NCBI GenBank assembly: GCA_963758915.1
Contig: CAVWXH010000003.1
Span: forward strand, 192,001 to 256,000
DNA from: an uncultured Methanomicrobiales archaeon
GTDB taxonomy: Archaea; Halobacteriota; Methanomicrobia; Methanomicrobiales; Methanospirillaceae
DNA: 64,000 nucleotides
Direction: 5' to 3'
Every line of letters starts with the position of its first letter. The first letter of the stretch is position 1. Both the position numbers and the translations under genes were made by a program. The notes under the pieces were generated by a model. The model ran no database searches. It saw only the letters and a program-made list of their open reading frames with translations, and was not told where the DNA came from. Below are positions 28,793-39,901 of the stretch, one piece after another.

Positions 28793-29391
28793 CAGAGGCC
28801 CCCGATGTTGAGGGACTTCCTGATTACCTGGCTGATCGCAAGGGAACAGAACATGTACCAGAGCATCCATGCCGGGATGGGGCCGATGACACCTGCAGCC
28901 AGTGTACTGGCGCCAAAGAATGGCATCACGATGGTACTGGTATCGCTGGCAAGCCGAAACAGCAACCAGAAAAAGATTGGTACCGTAAGCAGGAGAATGT
29001 ACGCCATCGGTTTGAACTGCTGCTGTGAGAGTTGCAACTGCTCTTTCATCATCCTGTCACGTTTTACATCAAGTTTCTTGACCCGTTTTTCGTCCTGCGA
29101 GAGCTGGGCTTCCCGGTATTCTTTCTGGAACTCCTTCATCCGTTCCTGCGTGTCCTGCATTTTTTCGTAGTCAATCGTATACTTCTGGATGAGAGATGAA
29201 TAGAGTGCTGTGATTGTCGAGAGAATGATAATCAGGATAAAGAACGGAATTTTCAGCGTATCAACAAGCGGACCGAAAGCTGTATCAATGCCCTGTCCGA
29301 CAGCAGTATGGATGAACGGGATACTGTAGGAAATGATCAGGAGCATCGCCAGTACAAGGGCGATGTACCCGCTGTATTTTTTCAGGTCCAT
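28792..29391 (-). CDS. DUF106 (EMC3/YidC-like) membrane protein
   Basis: TM-coiled coil-TM, FKPM, WY..CS; canonical position. Confidence 0.9.
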   Translation of the reverse strand: MDLKKYSGYIALVLAMLLIISYSIPFIHTAVGQGIDTAFGPLVDTLKIPFFILIIILSTITALYSSLIQKYTIDYEKMQDTQERMKEFQKEYREAQLSQDEKRVKKLDVKRDRMMKEQLQLSQQQFKPMAYILLLTVPIFFWLLFRLASDTSTIVMPFFGASTLAAGVIGPIPAWMLWYMFCSLAISQVIRKSLNIGGL

Positions 29392-29395
29392 TTAG

Positions 29396-29968
29396 TCACC
29401 TGAGGACATCGGCCATGTCCGTTGTAGCCCTTTCAAGAAGGAAGTCCTGGTTCCGGATAATTTTTACCGTGCAACCAGTAGTCATTGCATAGGAAGCACC
29501 AAATGAGCGGTTAAACTGCTGGTGTTCAGCAATGCCACCCGCGCCTTCCATATCACGGACCCTGGTTGCATCACTGAGACGCCTGAGCAGGATCTGGTCC
29601 TCATCCGTCTCCACGAGCACGATGAGGTCGGGCATCAGTTCCCGCAACACCCATTCGGGGAGACCGGGGAGGTACCCTTTCGGGGTCTTCACTGATGCAT
29701 GGGTATCGATAAGTACATTCCCTGATATCTGGGACATTGCCTTTGCTGCGAGTTTCTGCAGGTTTTTCTGGACGTCCTTGTCCAGCTTCCGCATCTCATC
29801 CCGGTCCTTTGCATACCCTTCCTTCTGGGCGACCTCAAACATGAACGTCCCAAAATTGAGGGACTGGTAGGTGATCCCTTCCTCTTTCAGCTTTGCAAGG
29901 GCCCCGTTTACAACGGTAGTCTTTCCCACACCCGGTACACCAGTAATGATCACTTTCCTTCCGGCCAT
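29396..29968 (-). CDS. adk: Archaeal adenylate kinase
   Basis: GVPGVGKTT, DTH, GYLPGLP. Confidence 0.95.
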   Translation of the reverse strand: MAGRKVIITGVPGVGKTTVVNGALAKLKEEGITYQSLNFGTFMFEVAQKEGYAKDRDEMRKLDKDVQKNLQKLAAKAMSQISGNVLIDTHASVKTPKGYLPGLPEWVLRELMPDLIVLVETDEDQILLRRLSDATRVRDMEGAGGIAEHQQFNRSFGASYAMTTGCTVKIIRNQDFLLERATTDMADVLR

Positions 29969-29992
29969 CTCTCTCACACCAATCCTGAAATT

Positions 29993-31426
29993 TTACTCTT
30001 TACCAAAGAATGTTCTCATGAACGGATACATTTCCATAATCTGCTGGCTGGCAATCTCTTCGTAGAGACGATACGTAATACTTACCGTCAGTAACAACCC
30101 TGTGCCGCTCACACCGCCGATTACACCGAAAAGGTTGGCAACGACACTGAGCACACCGATTGTTACCCCGCCGATCACCGTGACACGGGGAATATAGCGG
30201 TTAAGGTACTTCTCAAGCACCTGCGGGTTTCTCCGGTACCCGGGAATTGACATCCCGGAACCCTGGATCTGCCGTGCCACATCTTTCGAATCGAGCCCTG
30301 CGGTCTTGATCCAGAACAGTGCAAATATTGCACCACCGATGACGACCACGGCGGTATCAATCCCAAGGCGGATCAAGATCTGCCATGGCTCATTAACAAT
30401 TGGATATGCCCACCACATCCAGTCATAGGGCCCGTTAATTGGTGCAAGGTAATACATCAGGCCGTTAATCGGCGTCGTTCCCACATAGGTCCCGAATATC
30501 GTTATCCCGATGTTATTGAGGAACAACCCGATCATCTGGATATTCGCCTGCAGGACACGGACAAGGATCATCGGCAGGACAGATGCATAAATCAGTTTTA
30601 CCGGGAACCTTGCCCGTGCACCACGGACCTGGGCATGGGCGAGAGGGATCTCGATACGGGTGGATTCCACGTATACAATGATGAGGAAAATAACAACCGT
30701 CGTGATGAGCGCAAGCATCTCGGGCCCCATATACTGCAGGAAGTTTGCACCACTGGCGATAACCGCCACGATCCTCGGGAAGAAACCAACAGGATACTGG
30801 TCACTGAGTGGTGCCCAGTTGATAAACCCGTTGACAATTGCCTGAGATATACCTGCAATAATGAAGAGTCCCACACCGGATCCGATTCCCCACTTGGTGA
30901 CTACTTCATCCATGAATACGACGAGCAACCCACCAATACAGATCTGGACGAAAATAATGAACGAAACGGCGAACAGGTTCCCGCCAAAGAAGGTCATGGC
31001 AATCTGGGGATCTGGTTGCATGAACCCTCCGATAAGGTTGGGTGCCGCTTCGAGTATGATCATGACAAAGATGAGTAACTTCTGCAGGCCCATGTACAGG
31101 ACCTGGCCCCTTGCTTCAGAGGTATCGATATGGAGAATGTCTGCCCCTTTCAGCAACTGCAGGACGATCGAAGCCGTCACGATTGGCCCGATACCGAGTT
31201 GCAACAGTGAGCCGCTCTGACCTGCGAGGAGCGCACGCCAGTAGGAGAAAAGGTCCTGTGAAGTGGGAGAAATCCCCCAGAGGGGGACGTTAGTCAGCGC
31301 AAAATACAAAATTAAAATACCCGCCGTCCACAGCAGCTTGTTCTTGAAGTGAACGTGGCCATCGGGACTCCTCACCGTAGGCATTGCTGCGAGCAGGGGT
31401 TCCATTCGATCCAACAGGCTTCCCAT
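29993..31426 (-). CDS. secY: Protein translocase SecY
   Basis: LGIGPIVTASI, KWGIGSG, GTGLLLTVSI. Confidence 0.98.
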   Translation of the reverse strand: MGSLLDRMEPLLAAMPTVRSPDGHVHFKNKLLWTAGILILYFALTNVPLWGISPTSQDLFSYWRALLAGQSGSLLQLGIGPIVTASIVLQLLKGADILHIDTSEARGQVLYMGLQKLLIFVMIILEAAPNLIGGFMQPDPQIAMTFFGGNLFAVSFIIFVQICIGGLLVVFMDEVVTKWGIGSGVGLFIIAGISQAIVNGFINWAPLSDQYPVGFFPRIVAVIASGANFLQYMGPEMLALITTVVIFLIIVYVESTRIEIPLAHAQVRGARARFPVKLIYASVLPMILVRVLQANIQMIGLFLNNIGITIFGTYVGTTPINGLMYYLAPINGPYDWMWWAYPIVNEPWQILIRLGIDTAVVVIGGAIFALFWIKTAGLDSKDVARQIQGSGMSIPGYRRNPQVLEKYLNRYIPRVTVIGGVTIGVLSVVANLFGVIGGVSGTGLLLTVSITYRLYEEIASQQIMEMYPFMRTFFGKE

Positions 31427-31452
31427 TATTTCACCTAAAAACTATTCAGTGA

Positions 31453-31878
31453 TCAGATGACCAGTGCCTGGCCACCTGATGATTCAATTTTTACCTTCGC
31501 CTGTTCAGAAAATGAACCTGCAGAGACCTGGATTTTGTGGGTTACTCTTCCACTGCCAAGGATTTTATCAATCCCCATATCTGCAGCATTAAAGATAACC
31601 TTACCGCCTTCTTCTTTTGCAAGGCCCTGCTGGATTAATGAAGGGATCATCTGGTCAATGGTCCCGATATCCACTGCTTTGACATGGGTTGTAGTCGGGT
31701 TTGAGAACCCGTTTTTACCAAATACAGGTCCTTCCTTGAGGTAATACCGCACAAAATGGTGAGCGTTGATACCTGCACGGCCCCTGCCGCCACGGTTTCC
31801 TGCGCCGCGCCGGTTCTTATGGGTCCCGCCGCCACATGTCCGCGATCCTCGGTATTTAGAGCGTTTATTGACTGGCAT
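31453..31878 (-). CDS. rpl15: 50S ribosomal protein L15
   Basis: RGSRTCGGG..RGAGNRGGRG. Confidence 0.96.
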   Translation of the reverse strand: MPVNKRSKYRGSRTCGGGTHKNRRGAGNRGGRGRAGINAHHFVRYYLKEGPVFGKNGFSNPTTTHVKAVDIGTIDQMIPSLIQQGLAKEEGGKVIFNAADMGIDKILGSGRVTHKIQVSAGSFSEQAKVKIESSGGQALVI

Positions 31879-31884
31879 CTCTGA

Positions 31885-32346
31885 TCACCTCATCTTATAG
31901 AGAAGCGCGTTGATCTCGTTACCGTAGTAACCGAGAGCACCACCCTGTGGAAACGTTCTCTTGATAGTCTTATATCCCTTGCGTGGCGGGTGGAGCCTGA
32001 GCACAGGCTTGACTCCCGGCACATCCATAAGACGTGCATTCCCTGATGAAAGTGCGTTGGCAAATTCTTCAATACCACTGTACGTTGAGTGTTCCCGGAT
32101 ATATTCGTCGGTCAGGGGCAGATCTCCGGTAACCCTTCCACGGGTCTCGAGCAGTGTCTTGACCGTTGCCGGGTCAACTTCACCATAGGCAACATAATCT
32201 TTGACCTTCCTGATCATACCAAGATTTTCCGGGGTATCGGGAACCAGTACACAGTGATTGATGTGGTGGAGCCGCAACATTTTGAGCGTATCCTTGATAT
32301 CACGCCGCACGTTTACCACTCCACGCACCTGTACAATACCGTACAT
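31885..32346 (-). CDS. rpl30: 50S ribosomal protein L30
   Basis: LRLHPPRKG; operon order. Confidence 0.96.
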   Translation of the reverse strand: MYGIVQVRGVVNVRRDIKDTLKMLRLHHINHCVLVPDTPENLGMIRKVKDYVAYGEVDPATVKTLLETRGRVTGDLPLTDEYIREHSTYSGIEEFANALSSGNARLMDVPGVKPVLRLHPPRKGYKTIKRTFPQGGALGYYGNEINALLYKMR

Positions 32347-32963
32347 TACTGTGCTCCCCCCGTCCGGGTCATATTGGTAGCTTTCAGTGCATTGAACGTG
32401 GCCTTGGCGAAATTGATGGTCGTCCTTGTCTGACCGCGTGAGAACGTCCAGACGTCCCTGATACCTGCAAGTTCCAGCACCTTTTTGGAAACCTCACCAG
32501 TAACGAGTCCGATCCCCTGGGGTGCCGGTTTGAGCATCACGAGGACACTGCCAGCCTTGCCTTCCACTTTCATGGGGACAGAGTGGCCGGTCCCGCACCC
32601 GCATTCCCAGCTGCCACATCCACGTTTTACTTTTATTACATTGGTCTTTGCATGCACGATTGCTTTCTTGATCGCGTCGCCGACCTGTACATCTTTACCC
32701 TGGCCGAACCCGATGTAACCATTCCGGTTACCAACGACAACGACTGCCCTGAATTTGACACGGCGACCGGAGTCGGTCATTCGCTGCACCATCTGGATAT
32801 CCAGCACCTCGTCTTCGAGATCGGGCAGGAACGCATCTACGATCTGCGGCTCCTTGATAGGCCTCCCGCTCTCGAGGACCTGGTCGATGCTGGTGATTTC
32901 CCCGGCAGCGACCTGTCTTCCGAGACCGGTAAGAGGTACCCATTCGACTTTTTCGTAAGCCAT
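32346..32963 (-). CDS. rps5: 30S ribosomal protein S5
   Basis: [17 protein letters not shown]. Confidence 0.97.
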   Translation of the reverse strand: MAYEKVEWVPLTGLGRQVAAGEITSIDQVLESGRPIKEPQIVDAFLPDLEDEVLDIQMVQRMTDSGRRVKFRAVVVVGNRNGYIGFGQGKDVQVGDAIKKAIVHAKTNVIKVKRGCGSWECGCGTGHSVPMKVEGKAGSVLVMLKPAPQGIGLVTGEVSKKVLELAGIRDVWTFSRGQTRTTINFAKATFNALKATNMTRTGGAQ

Positions 32964-32964
32964 G

Positions 32965-33492
32965 TTATTCCAGCTCCTTCATAATGGCGTCCATCGTCAT
33001 TTCCACGTTCTCGACCAGGCCTTTTGCCCGGTCAGGGGCAAATTTCTCAATATGCCCGCCTTTTAGTCTTTCCTCGGCAGGAATAATTGATTCGCCGAAC
33101 GGAACATCGAGACCCGCATCTACTGCCCCTTTAAGGGCTGCAAATACACGGGCACCAAATGTTGCCCTGTTAAGTCCGATGTCAAGGACGGCGGCAGACT
33201 GGTCCAGGTTCAGTGCCCGCACCGCGAACAGTACCCCAGTGAGGTATGCTGCCGGCGTGTTTGAGAGCGACCCTGTGTACCCATACCGGACGAGGTCCTT
33301 CGAGTTCGCGGAGACCAGCGTAAAGTCCCCTTCCATCCCTGCAGTTACCATCTGGACAATGATATGGGTGTTCGTCTTCCGAACGACCATCCTTGGCCTG
33401 TCAGCTACCACGAGGTGCGTCCTCTTGTAGTAATCTGTCTTGCCCTCCCTTCTCCGCCGGAAAGGGACAAAGTATCTCGGTCCTGTTGCCAT
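32965..33492 (-). CDS. rpl18: 50S ribosomal protein L18
   Basis: [10 protein letters not shown]. Confidence 0.97.
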   Translation of the reverse strand: MATGPRYFVPFRRRREGKTDYYKRTHLVVADRPRMVVRKTNTHIIVQMVTAGMEGDFTLVSANSKDLVRYGYTGSLSNTPAAYLTGVLFAVRALNLDQSAAVLDIGLNRATFGARVFAALKGAVDAGLDVPFGESIIPAEERLKGGHIEKFAPDRAKGLVENVEMTMDAIMKELE

Positions 33493-33945
33493 TTACTTCA
33501 ACCTCCCGGTCATTATCTCAAGCTGGGCTTTTAAGTGCGCTACGCTCCTGAACTGGCCTCCTGCGGCCTTCCGGTACATAAGCCTGTACACATGGGTGTC
33601 AACAGATCCTGTTGCACGGAGTTCACGGAGACTCTTTCGTATGGCACGGATCTTCTGCATCCACTGGTATTTACGGGGGTGCCTCGCACCTGCTGCACCT
33701 TTCCGTCTCCCAGGGCCTTTACAGTGCCCGTATGATCTCTTCGCTTCAAGCAGGCGGGCCCTTCCACGACTTACGCCTTTCTTCTGCTCGGCCTTAACGG
33801 CACCTTCACTGATAAGACCACGGAGGTCTTCGCGTGATATTGCATTCTGGATATCGGTGCTCCGCTCAGGGTCAAACCATACCCGGTGGACACCGCATTT
33901 CAGGATCGCTGCGGACATCCGTTTCTGGTTGGTGAGATCAGTCAT
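33493..33945 (-). CDS. rpl19e: 50S ribosomal protein L19e
   Basis: QKRMSAAILKCG..RVWFDP. Confidence 0.96.
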   Translation of the reverse strand: MTDLTNQKRMSAAILKCGVHRVWFDPERSTDIQNAISREDLRGLISEGAVKAEQKKGVSRGRARLLEAKRSYGHCKGPGRRKGAAGARHPRKYQWMQKIRAIRKSLRELRATGSVDTHVYRLMYRKAAGGQFRSVAHLKAQLEIMTGRLK

Positions 33946-34369
33946 TGGAGGACACCTCCTCATCCGGTGCAGTGGCACCGGCTGCCACAGCCCTGGCCTT
34001 TCCCGGGTTTAATACTTTTAATCCTGCTGAATTTGCTTTTTCGAGGATTATTGCCCGCTTTCTGCCACCCACTGATGCACCAATCCGGATTGCATAACAG
34101 GCCGGGTCGATGCCGGTGAGCTCGTCAGGGGTAAAGACCCGGACTTCAAGGAAACCGCTCGGGTGCATGCCCCTAACAAGGACCGGACTTCCATATCCAG
34201 GAGTCGGGTGTGCACCTTTTGCTTTCTTCTGCCTCCGCTGTTTGTTGTGAAGCCCACGCGGCCTTCTCCACGAATCTGATATCTGGGGTTTCTTGCCGAA
34301 CCCGTCCCGGCGGAACTTCGCACTTTTATCTGCCCGGGTCCGGATCAACCTCTTCTTCTCGTTGACCAT
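33938..34369 (-). CDS. rpl32e: 50S ribosomal protein L32e
   Basis: WRRPRG, RGMHPSG. Confidence 0.96.
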   Translation of the reverse strand: MVNEKKRLIRTRADKSAKFRRDGFGKKPQISDSWRRPRGLHNKQRRQKKAKGAHPTPGYGSPVLVRGMHPSGFLEVRVFTPDELTGIDPACYAIRIGASVGGRKRAIILEKANSAGLKVLNPGKARAVAAGATAPDEEVSSND

Positions 34370-34372
34370 TAT

Positions 34373-34897
34373 CTACACCTTCCGTGTTGTATAAATGCCA
34401 TCCTGGAAAACACGGGGGTCCCGATCTTTTATCTTCGTGGCAATTTCTATGTTCGCAGCGGTGGTCCCGACAGATTCCTTGTTGATCCCACTGATTACAA
34501 CTTCATCAGTGCTCACTTTAGCGGTGACTCCCTTTTCAATCCTCGCGTACCGGGCCTTTTTCTCGCCAAGGAAATTGGCGATCTCAAGTTTTTCACCCTG
34601 TAATTTGAGCTGGATCGGGAAGTGACTGTATACCACTTTCATGTGGTATTCGTATCCGTCTGTTACGCCGATGCACATGTTCTTTACATGGGCGGCAAGG
34701 GTGCCGACCATTGCGATGTTCGCCTTCCTGCCTGAGTCTGTTGAAATGATTACTTCGCTCTCATCACAGGTGACGGAGATCTGCGGGTGCCGGATATTGC
34801 GCTCCTGCTGGCCTTTAGGACCTGTTACGCGAATATAGACGCCATCTATCTGGCATTTCACACCGGCAGGCACCTTATACTTTCTCACTGTCGTCAT
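34373..34897 (-). CDS. rpl6: 50S ribosomal protein L6
   Basis: YSHFP, DPRVFQDGIY. Confidence 0.96.
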   Translation of the reverse strand: MTTVRKYKVPAGVKCQIDGVYIRVTGPKGQQERNIRHPQISVTCDESEVIISTDSGRKANIAMVGTLAAHVKNMCIGVTDGYEYHMKVVYSHFPIQLKLQGEKLEIANFLGEKKARYARIEKGVTAKVSTDEVVISGINKESVGTTAANIEIATKIKDRDPRVFQDGIYTTRKV

Positions 34898-34906
34898 CTG
34901 CGCACC

Positions 34907-35299
34907 TCAATAGACATATCCAAGCAGCTCCCCGCCAATGCCTAGTTTTCTCGCCTGCTCATGAGACATCACACCACGTGAGGTCGAGATAATGAGCATC
35001 CCGAAGTTCTTGGCTGGCAGGAACTGCTCCTCAAAGTATTCCAATTCATCGAGCTGAACTGAGTATCTCGGGCAGATTGCACCGCATTTGTTTATACGGC
35101 CGTTTAAGTGTACCACGAACTGGCCACCCCGCCCATCGTCGATATAATCGAATCCGGTGAGATAGCCTGAGTCCTGCATAATCCGGAACATTGACCCGAG
35201 CAGCTTGCTCGCTGGTTCTATGACGCATTCGGGTCTCCCCTTGTCGGCTGCATTTTTCAGGGTGCTCATACCATCTGCAATTGGGTTAAGTCTTGACAT
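34907..35299 (-). CDS. rps8: 30S ribosomal protein S8
   Basis: [16 protein letters not shown]. Confidence 0.96.
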   Translation of the reverse strand: MSRLNPIADGMSTLKNAADKGRPECVIEPASKLLGSMFRIMQDSGYLTGFDYIDDGRGGQFVVHLNGRINKCGAICPRYSVQLDELEYFEEQFLPAKNFGMLIISTSRGVMSHEQARKLGIGGELLGYVY

Positions 35300-35311
35300 T
35301 GTATGATCACC

Positions 35312-35467
35312 TCAGTTCATCTTCTTGAAGCCCATCTTCGGGGCCCATTCCCGGAAGCACTGCCTGCAGAACATGATGTGGTAACGGCGGACAAGCCCCT
35401 GCTTGCGCCCGCACATCTTGCACTCGTTTGCACCGCGACCGAATTTTTTCGTGCGTTCTCCAGCCAT
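35312..35467 (-). CDS. rps14: 30S ribosomal protein S14 (51 aa, not in ORF track)
   Basis: Manual translation [51 protein letters not shown]. Confidence 0.96.
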   Translation of the reverse strand: MAGERTKKFGRGANECKMCGRKQGLVRRYHIMFCRQCFREWAPKMGFKKMN

Positions 35468-35469
35468 GA

Positions 35470-36000
35470 TCATACCTCCACCTTGTACCGGGTCTTCAGG
35501 AACGCTATCGAATCTGCGACATTTACGTGCTGTTTTTCCGGCAGCTTTTTCTGTTCATGGTGTCGCCTGCTGATCCTGAGACCTTTTCTTGCAAGGACGA
35601 CATTGATGTCCATACCATAGATACCGATTTGCGGGTCATATGACATCCCAGGGAAATCAGTGTGTTCTTCAATCCCGAATGAGAAATTACCCCGGCGGTC
35701 AAACTGCGTCGGAGCAATCTTCCGCTCAATGATGTTGAGCGATGTCTCAAGGAATGCCTTCGCTTTCGGCCCGCGAAGAGTGACACGGCACCCTATGGGG
35801 GCCCCTTTCCTGATCCCGAAGGCAGGCTGTGTCTTCTTTGCAATGCTCCTGACCGGCGTATTCCCGGTAATCGTCTTCATGATATCGATCGCCTTTGAGA
35901 GCTTTTCTCCGCTCTCCCCGACACCCATGTGGACCACTACTTTATCGATATCCAGCTGATGCATCGGGTTCTCGATATCGGTCTCGTTCTTTGGGTTCAT
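35470..36000 (-). CDS. rpl5: 50S ribosomal protein L5
   Basis: [16 protein letters not shown]. Confidence 0.96.
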   Translation of the reverse strand: MNPKNETDIENPMHQLDIDKVVVHMGVGESGEKLSKAIDIMKTITGNTPVRSIAKKTQPAFGIRKGAPIGCRVTLRGPKAKAFLETSLNIIERKIAPTQFDRRGNFSFGIEEHTDFPGMSYDPQIGIYGMDINVVLARKGLRISRRHHEQKKLPEKQHVNVADSIAFLKTRYKVEV

Positions 36001-36722
36001 CCTTCAATCCCCCATTCAGCAAGTGCGGGTGTTTCACGGCCTACCATGTACACAAAGGTCTCCACAGTTTCGAAGTGCTCCTTTGTCTTCTCATCCTCGA
36101 GTTGGACACGGTTGGTAACGCTGCCTGGCACGACGGTGATGGCCTTAATGCGGGCTATTTTACCCGAGTGCCGCCCACCGATCACCATTGCCATGTTGCC
36201 AATGGCATAGGGGAAGTGGTCAACAATTTTAAACCTGCTCTCCGGGTCAATTGAGAGGACAACTGAATCCTTTGGCTTGTAGGTATTGTCCCCGAGAATG
36301 TTCGAGCCGTCACGCATGTTGAGCTGTATTTTTCCGTCTGATACCACGGTCTTGTTGCTGATCTTGCAGAGGCGGGTCTTCGCGGCCTCGATATCGATCT
36401 CGATCGTCTTGTGACGGCCGTTCTTGTCGCGGAGTATCCTGTAGTATTTATTGATCTTTGGCAGCGAGACAATATCGAAGATGCCAATTCCCATCTTCGG
36501 GTCTCTGCAGGCACGCCCGTTGACAATTACATCACGCTGGTGAAGGATCTGCTTGACTTCCTTCATGTTCCGTGCGAGTCCCATCTGGTCACGGAGCCAG
36601 ACTGCTACCGGGAGTGCATTTGCATTGTGCGGACCCGGGGCTGTCTTCGTAATGAACTTGTTTGTTTTCTTGGATATGTGCCACGAATCCGGTGCCTTGA
36701 ACCGCTTCAGGTGTTCTGACAT
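35997..36722 (-). CDS. rps4e: 30S ribosomal protein S4e
   Basis: HLKR..AP..W, PGPH, GGRHSG. Confidence 0.96.
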   Translation of the reverse strand: MSEHLKRFKAPDSWHISKKTNKFITKTAPGPHNANALPVAVWLRDQMGLARNMKEVKQILHQRDVIVNGRACRDPKMGIGIFDIVSLPKINKYYRILRDKNGRHKTIEIDIEAAKTRLCKISNKTVVSDGKIQLNMRDGSNILGDNTYKPKDSVVLSIDPESRFKIVDHFPYAIGNMAMVIGGRHSGKIARIKAITVVPGSVTNRVQLEDEKTKEHFETVETFVYMVGRETPALAEWGIEG

Positions 36723-37090
36723 TATTCATTACCTCCGGCAAGTTTCATTTCCCTCTTCGGGTCTTCCAGGTTGAGCTTGACAATCTGGACATTTGAAGGG
36801 TCCACCGGCCTTGGAACTTCCGTTCCATCAGCCTTCGTCCCGGTAACGCCGTGCACCCAGATCTTATAGTTCTTGGTGCAGACTTTATCGACAAGTCCTT
36901 CCGTTCCTGCAGAGTTGCCCCGGGTCATTTTGACGGTGTCACCCATGACGACACGGAAACTTCTCCGCTTATATTGCTCCCGGAGGGGTTTTGCAAGCGG
37001 TGCCCTGAGGAAATCCCCGCGGACATGTGCAGGTGCATTGTACCTGATTTTTCTTTGTTTCCTTGGTTGTGAGCTGATTATTCGTACCAT
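36722..37090 (-). CDS. rpl24: 50S ribosomal protein L24
   Basis: SSQPRKQRK, KADG. Confidence 0.95.
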   Translation of the reverse strand: MVRIISSQPRKQRKIRYNAPAHVRGDFLRAPLAKPLREQYKRRSFRVVMGDTVKMTRGNSAGTEGLVDKVCTKNYKIWVHGVTGTKADGTEVPRPVDPSNVQIVKLNLEDPKREMKLAGGNE

Positions 37091-37098
37091 GATGCACC

Positions 37099-37497
37099 TC
37101 ACACAATGATAGTCGCCATGGAACCCAGTTTGGGGAACCGCTCAGCCACTTCACGGGCGACCGGCCCTTTTATCTCTGTTCCGCGTGGTTCATTCTTCTC
37201 ATCGACGACCACGATGGCATTGTCATCAAACGAGACACGTAGCCCGCTTGGCCTTCTTATTTCCTTTCTCTGCCTGATTACTACTGCACGCACAAGTTTC
37301 CTGCGCATATCAGGAGTACCTTTCTTGACGCTCACTGTTGCGAGATCGCCCAGGCCCATTTTCGGCTGTCTGCGACGTACACCGTGGTACCCGAACACAG
37401 AAACTATCTGGACTTCACGGGCGCCGGTATTGTCAGCACATGTGAGCCGTGTCCCGGTTGCGAGTGCCCGCGGGGTCTTTGACTGTTTTGCCTTCAT
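37099..37497 (-). CDS. rpl14: 50S ribosomal protein L14
   Basis: [15 protein letters not shown]. Confidence 0.96.
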   Translation of the reverse strand: MKAKQSKTPRALATGTRLTCADNTGAREVQIVSVFGYHGVRRRQPKMGLGDLATVSVKKGTPDMRRKLVRAVVIRQRKEIRRPSGLRVSFDDNAIVVVDEKNEPRGTEIKGPVAREVAERFPKLGSMATIIV

Positions 37498-37820
37498 GAT
37501 GCCTGCACCTCGACGACGACGAATGTGGTGGTCTTGGAGAGCGGCCTGCACTCGGCGATCCTTACGGTATCGCCGGTCTTTGCCTGTATACAGGGGGAAT
37601 TATGTGCATGGAGCTTTGAACTGCGTTTTTCATAACGCTTGTATTTCCTCACATAATGCAGGTACTGGCGTTCTACCACTACCGTCCCCATCATACGATC
37701 GCTCACGACCTTGCCAGTGATCACCTGGCCGCGCACAGACAAAGTGCCGTGAAACGGACAATTAACGTCACTACAAACCTCTTTTGGCTGTGGGACGTTT
37801 AATCCTATGTTGTTTGCCAT
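37494..37820 (-). CDS. rps17: 30S ribosomal protein S17
   Basis: [13 protein letters not shown]. Confidence 0.96.
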   Translation of the reverse strand: MANNIGLNVPQPKEVCSDVNCPFHGTLSVRGQVITGKVVSDRMMGTVVVERQYLHYVRKYKRYEKRSSKLHAHNSPCIQAKTGDTVRIAECRPLSKTTTFVVVEVQAS

Positions 37821-37829
37821 ATCGAACCT

Positions 37830-38105
37830 CTATATTTTCTTATGCAGATTGAGCCGTTTTTCTGGTGCCATGACCAGTACTGAACCCTGTACATCAACCA
37901 GTGTCCCGTCAGGAAGTGTGAGCCTGAACACGCCGGTATTCTTCTGGATCCGTTTTATTCCGGACCCCGTGCGAATAATCAGCATGTTTTTTGTCTCATC
38001 CACGATCTGTCCCGTAACACCCTGGTAGGTAGGGTTGCTGGCATGCACCACCAGAACGTCAAGGCCTATCAATTCATGGCGAATGACGTTCCGGGGCACT
38101 ATCAT
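37830..38105 (-). CDS. rnp1: RNase P protein component 1 (Rpp29)
   Basis: HELIGL, VDETKN. Confidence 0.93.
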   Translation of the reverse strand: MIVPRNVIRHELIGLDVLVVHASNPTYQGVTGQIVDETKNMLIIRTGSGIKRIQKNTGVFRLTLPDGTLVDVQGSVLVMAPEKRLNLHKKI

Positions 38106-38305
38106 ACAGTTCTCCTGTGGTTTATCTCAGTCATCATTCGGGCGACAGTCCTGCGGAGCTCTTTTATACGCCCCGCGTTTTCTGTTGCACCCCCGGCACT
38201 GACTTTTCCGTAGTGTTGGATCAGCTCCAGCCGGATCTTGCTCATCTGTTCCTGTAACTCGACATCAGAGAGCTGCCGGACATCCTTCGCACGGAGAATT
38301 GCCAT
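38102..38305 (-). CDS. rpl29: 50S ribosomal protein L29
   Basis: ENAGRIKELRRTVAR. Confidence 0.95.
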   Translation of the reverse strand: MAILRAKDVRQLSDVELQEQMSKIRLELIQHYGKVSAGGATENAGRIKELRRTVARMMTEINHRRTV

Positions 38306-39010
38306 TTACTGCTCCTCCTGGAACTCTTCTTCTCCCATGGAGAGGTCAATGTCTTCGTCGATCTCCTCACCTACATCAGTAACAACAATTTCGGGCTTCC
38401 TTGGAGCCCTTGCTGGTGCCGCTGTCATAGTCCAGTGGTCAGGGAGCACGGCATCAGGCGGGATGATCCTGACCTGGACACCGATGGTCCCGAGTTTCTT
38501 GATTGCTACCGCGTAGCCGGTCTCGACAATCGTGATTGCGGGCTCGCCACAGTGCTTGATATACCCTTCGACGAACTTCTGGGTCCTGGCACGTGCACCG
38601 GTGAGTTTTCCGGCAATAATGACTTCGCAACCAAGGGCTCCCGAGTCCATGACCCTCCTGATGATGCTTGAGCCGGCTTTCCTGAAGTACCAGCCCCTTT
38701 CAAGGGCATTTGCAAGTCTCTCTGCCATGATCTTGGCATTGAAACTTGGGTTCTGGACCTGCTGTACCTCAATCTGGGGTGACTCAACACCGAAGGTGGT
38801 GGCAAGGTCCTGTGTCAGCTGGCGTACAAGTTTTCCGCCCTTACCGATAACGATCCCCGGCTTTTCCGCGAAAATCGTTACCTGGGTACCGAGTGGTGTC
38901 CGGACGAGGTCCATACCACCGTAACCGGCACGCTTGAGCTCCTTAACAAGGTGCTTCTCGACCCTGGCCCTGCGAACGCCTTCTGCAACAAACTTTCTCT
39001 CTACTGCCAT
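38306..39010 (-). CDS. rps3: 30S ribosomal protein S3
   Basis: KH motif PGIVIGKGG. Confidence 0.97.
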   Translation of the reverse strand: MAVERKFVAEGVRRARVEKHLVKELKRAGYGGMDLVRTPLGTQVTIFAEKPGIVIGKGGKLVRQLTQDLATTFGVESPQIEVQQVQNPSFNAKIMAERLANALERGWYFRKAGSSIIRRVMDSGALGCEVIIAGKLTGARARTQKFVEGYIKHCGEPAITIVETGYAVAIKKLGTIGVQVRIIPPDAVLPDHWTMTAAPARAPRKPEIVVTDVGEEIDEDIDLSMGEEEFQEEQ

Positions 39011-39472
39011 TCATTCCACCTCTTTTGCAACTATCTCGATGTTGACGGTTTCCCTTCTTTTCGGGGTTGCCCGGCCCATTGCACGAGGGAAGAATGCTTT
39101 CTGTCCACGGCCGCGGTTTGCAGACGCATGGACAATGACGAGTTTCTCAGGGTCAAGCCCGATGTACTCTGCATTTTTCTTCACTGACGAGAGCAGGCGG
39201 ATATACGCAAGGGATGCCTTTTTCGGGTACCGGCCTGCGTCCCAACCCTCGAGACCACGTTTGTGAGCGACATCACGGTTGAACCGCTTGAACGGGATTG
39301 CCTTTTTCTGGGCAACTACCAGGTTCAGGTAATCGATTACATCATCGATATTCCGGTTCCTGATGTAACTTGCAATCTCAATTGAGTGCTTTGGTGAGAT
39401 CGGCAGCTCGTTCGCTTTTCCGCGGGCAATATCGTCCCCGGAAATATCCTGTGAATATGCTATTCTTGCCAT
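39011..39472 (-). CDS. rpl22: 50S ribosomal protein L22
   Basis: GRYPKKA, PRAMGRA. Confidence 0.96.
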   Translation of the reverse strand: MARIAYSQDISGDDIARGKANELPISPKHSIEIASYIRNRNIDDVIDYLNLVVAQKKAIPFKRFNRDVAHKRGLEGWDAGRYPKKASLAYIRLLSSVKKNAEYIGLDPEKLVIVHASANRGRGQKAFFPRAMGRATPKRRETVNIEIVAKEVE

Positions 39473-39477
39473 CACGA

Positions 39478-39891
39478 TCACTTCAGCGGGACATATTTAC
39501 TCGACCTGGTAGCACCGATACCGGCACTTCCGTGGGCGACTTTTCTTCGTGTCAATGCAAACTCACCAAGACAATGGAAGACAGATTCAGGCTGGAGTTC
39601 AACTTTCATGAACTCTTTGCCATTGTATACTTCGATCTCCTTTCCAAGCATCTCGGGCATGATAATCATGTCACGCAGGTGAGTCCGGATATTTTCATCA
39701 CCGGCCCTGAACCTGGTAAGGAGGTGCTCCTCACCGCGGCTCAGGCCTCTTTTAATTTTGCGACGGGCGCGGGCTGGCATCACGGGGAGGAGCTCACTGA
39801 TTCCCATTGTCTGGAGTTCCTCGACCCGGAAACCATGATAGGTGAACTCCTCACGCCGCCTCGGTAACCTCTTCTGAGTTTTCTTTGCCAT
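39478..39891 (-). CDS. rps19: 30S ribosomal protein S19
   Basis: [19 protein letters not shown]. Confidence 0.97.
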   Translation of the reverse strand: MAKKTQKRLPRRREEFTYHGFRVEELQTMGISELLPVMPARARRKIKRGLSRGEEHLLTRFRAGDENIRTHLRDMIIMPEMLGKEIEVYNGKEFMKVELQPESVFHCLGEFALTRRKVAHGSAGIGATRSSKYVPLK

Positions 39892-39901
39892 AATTTACCC
39901 C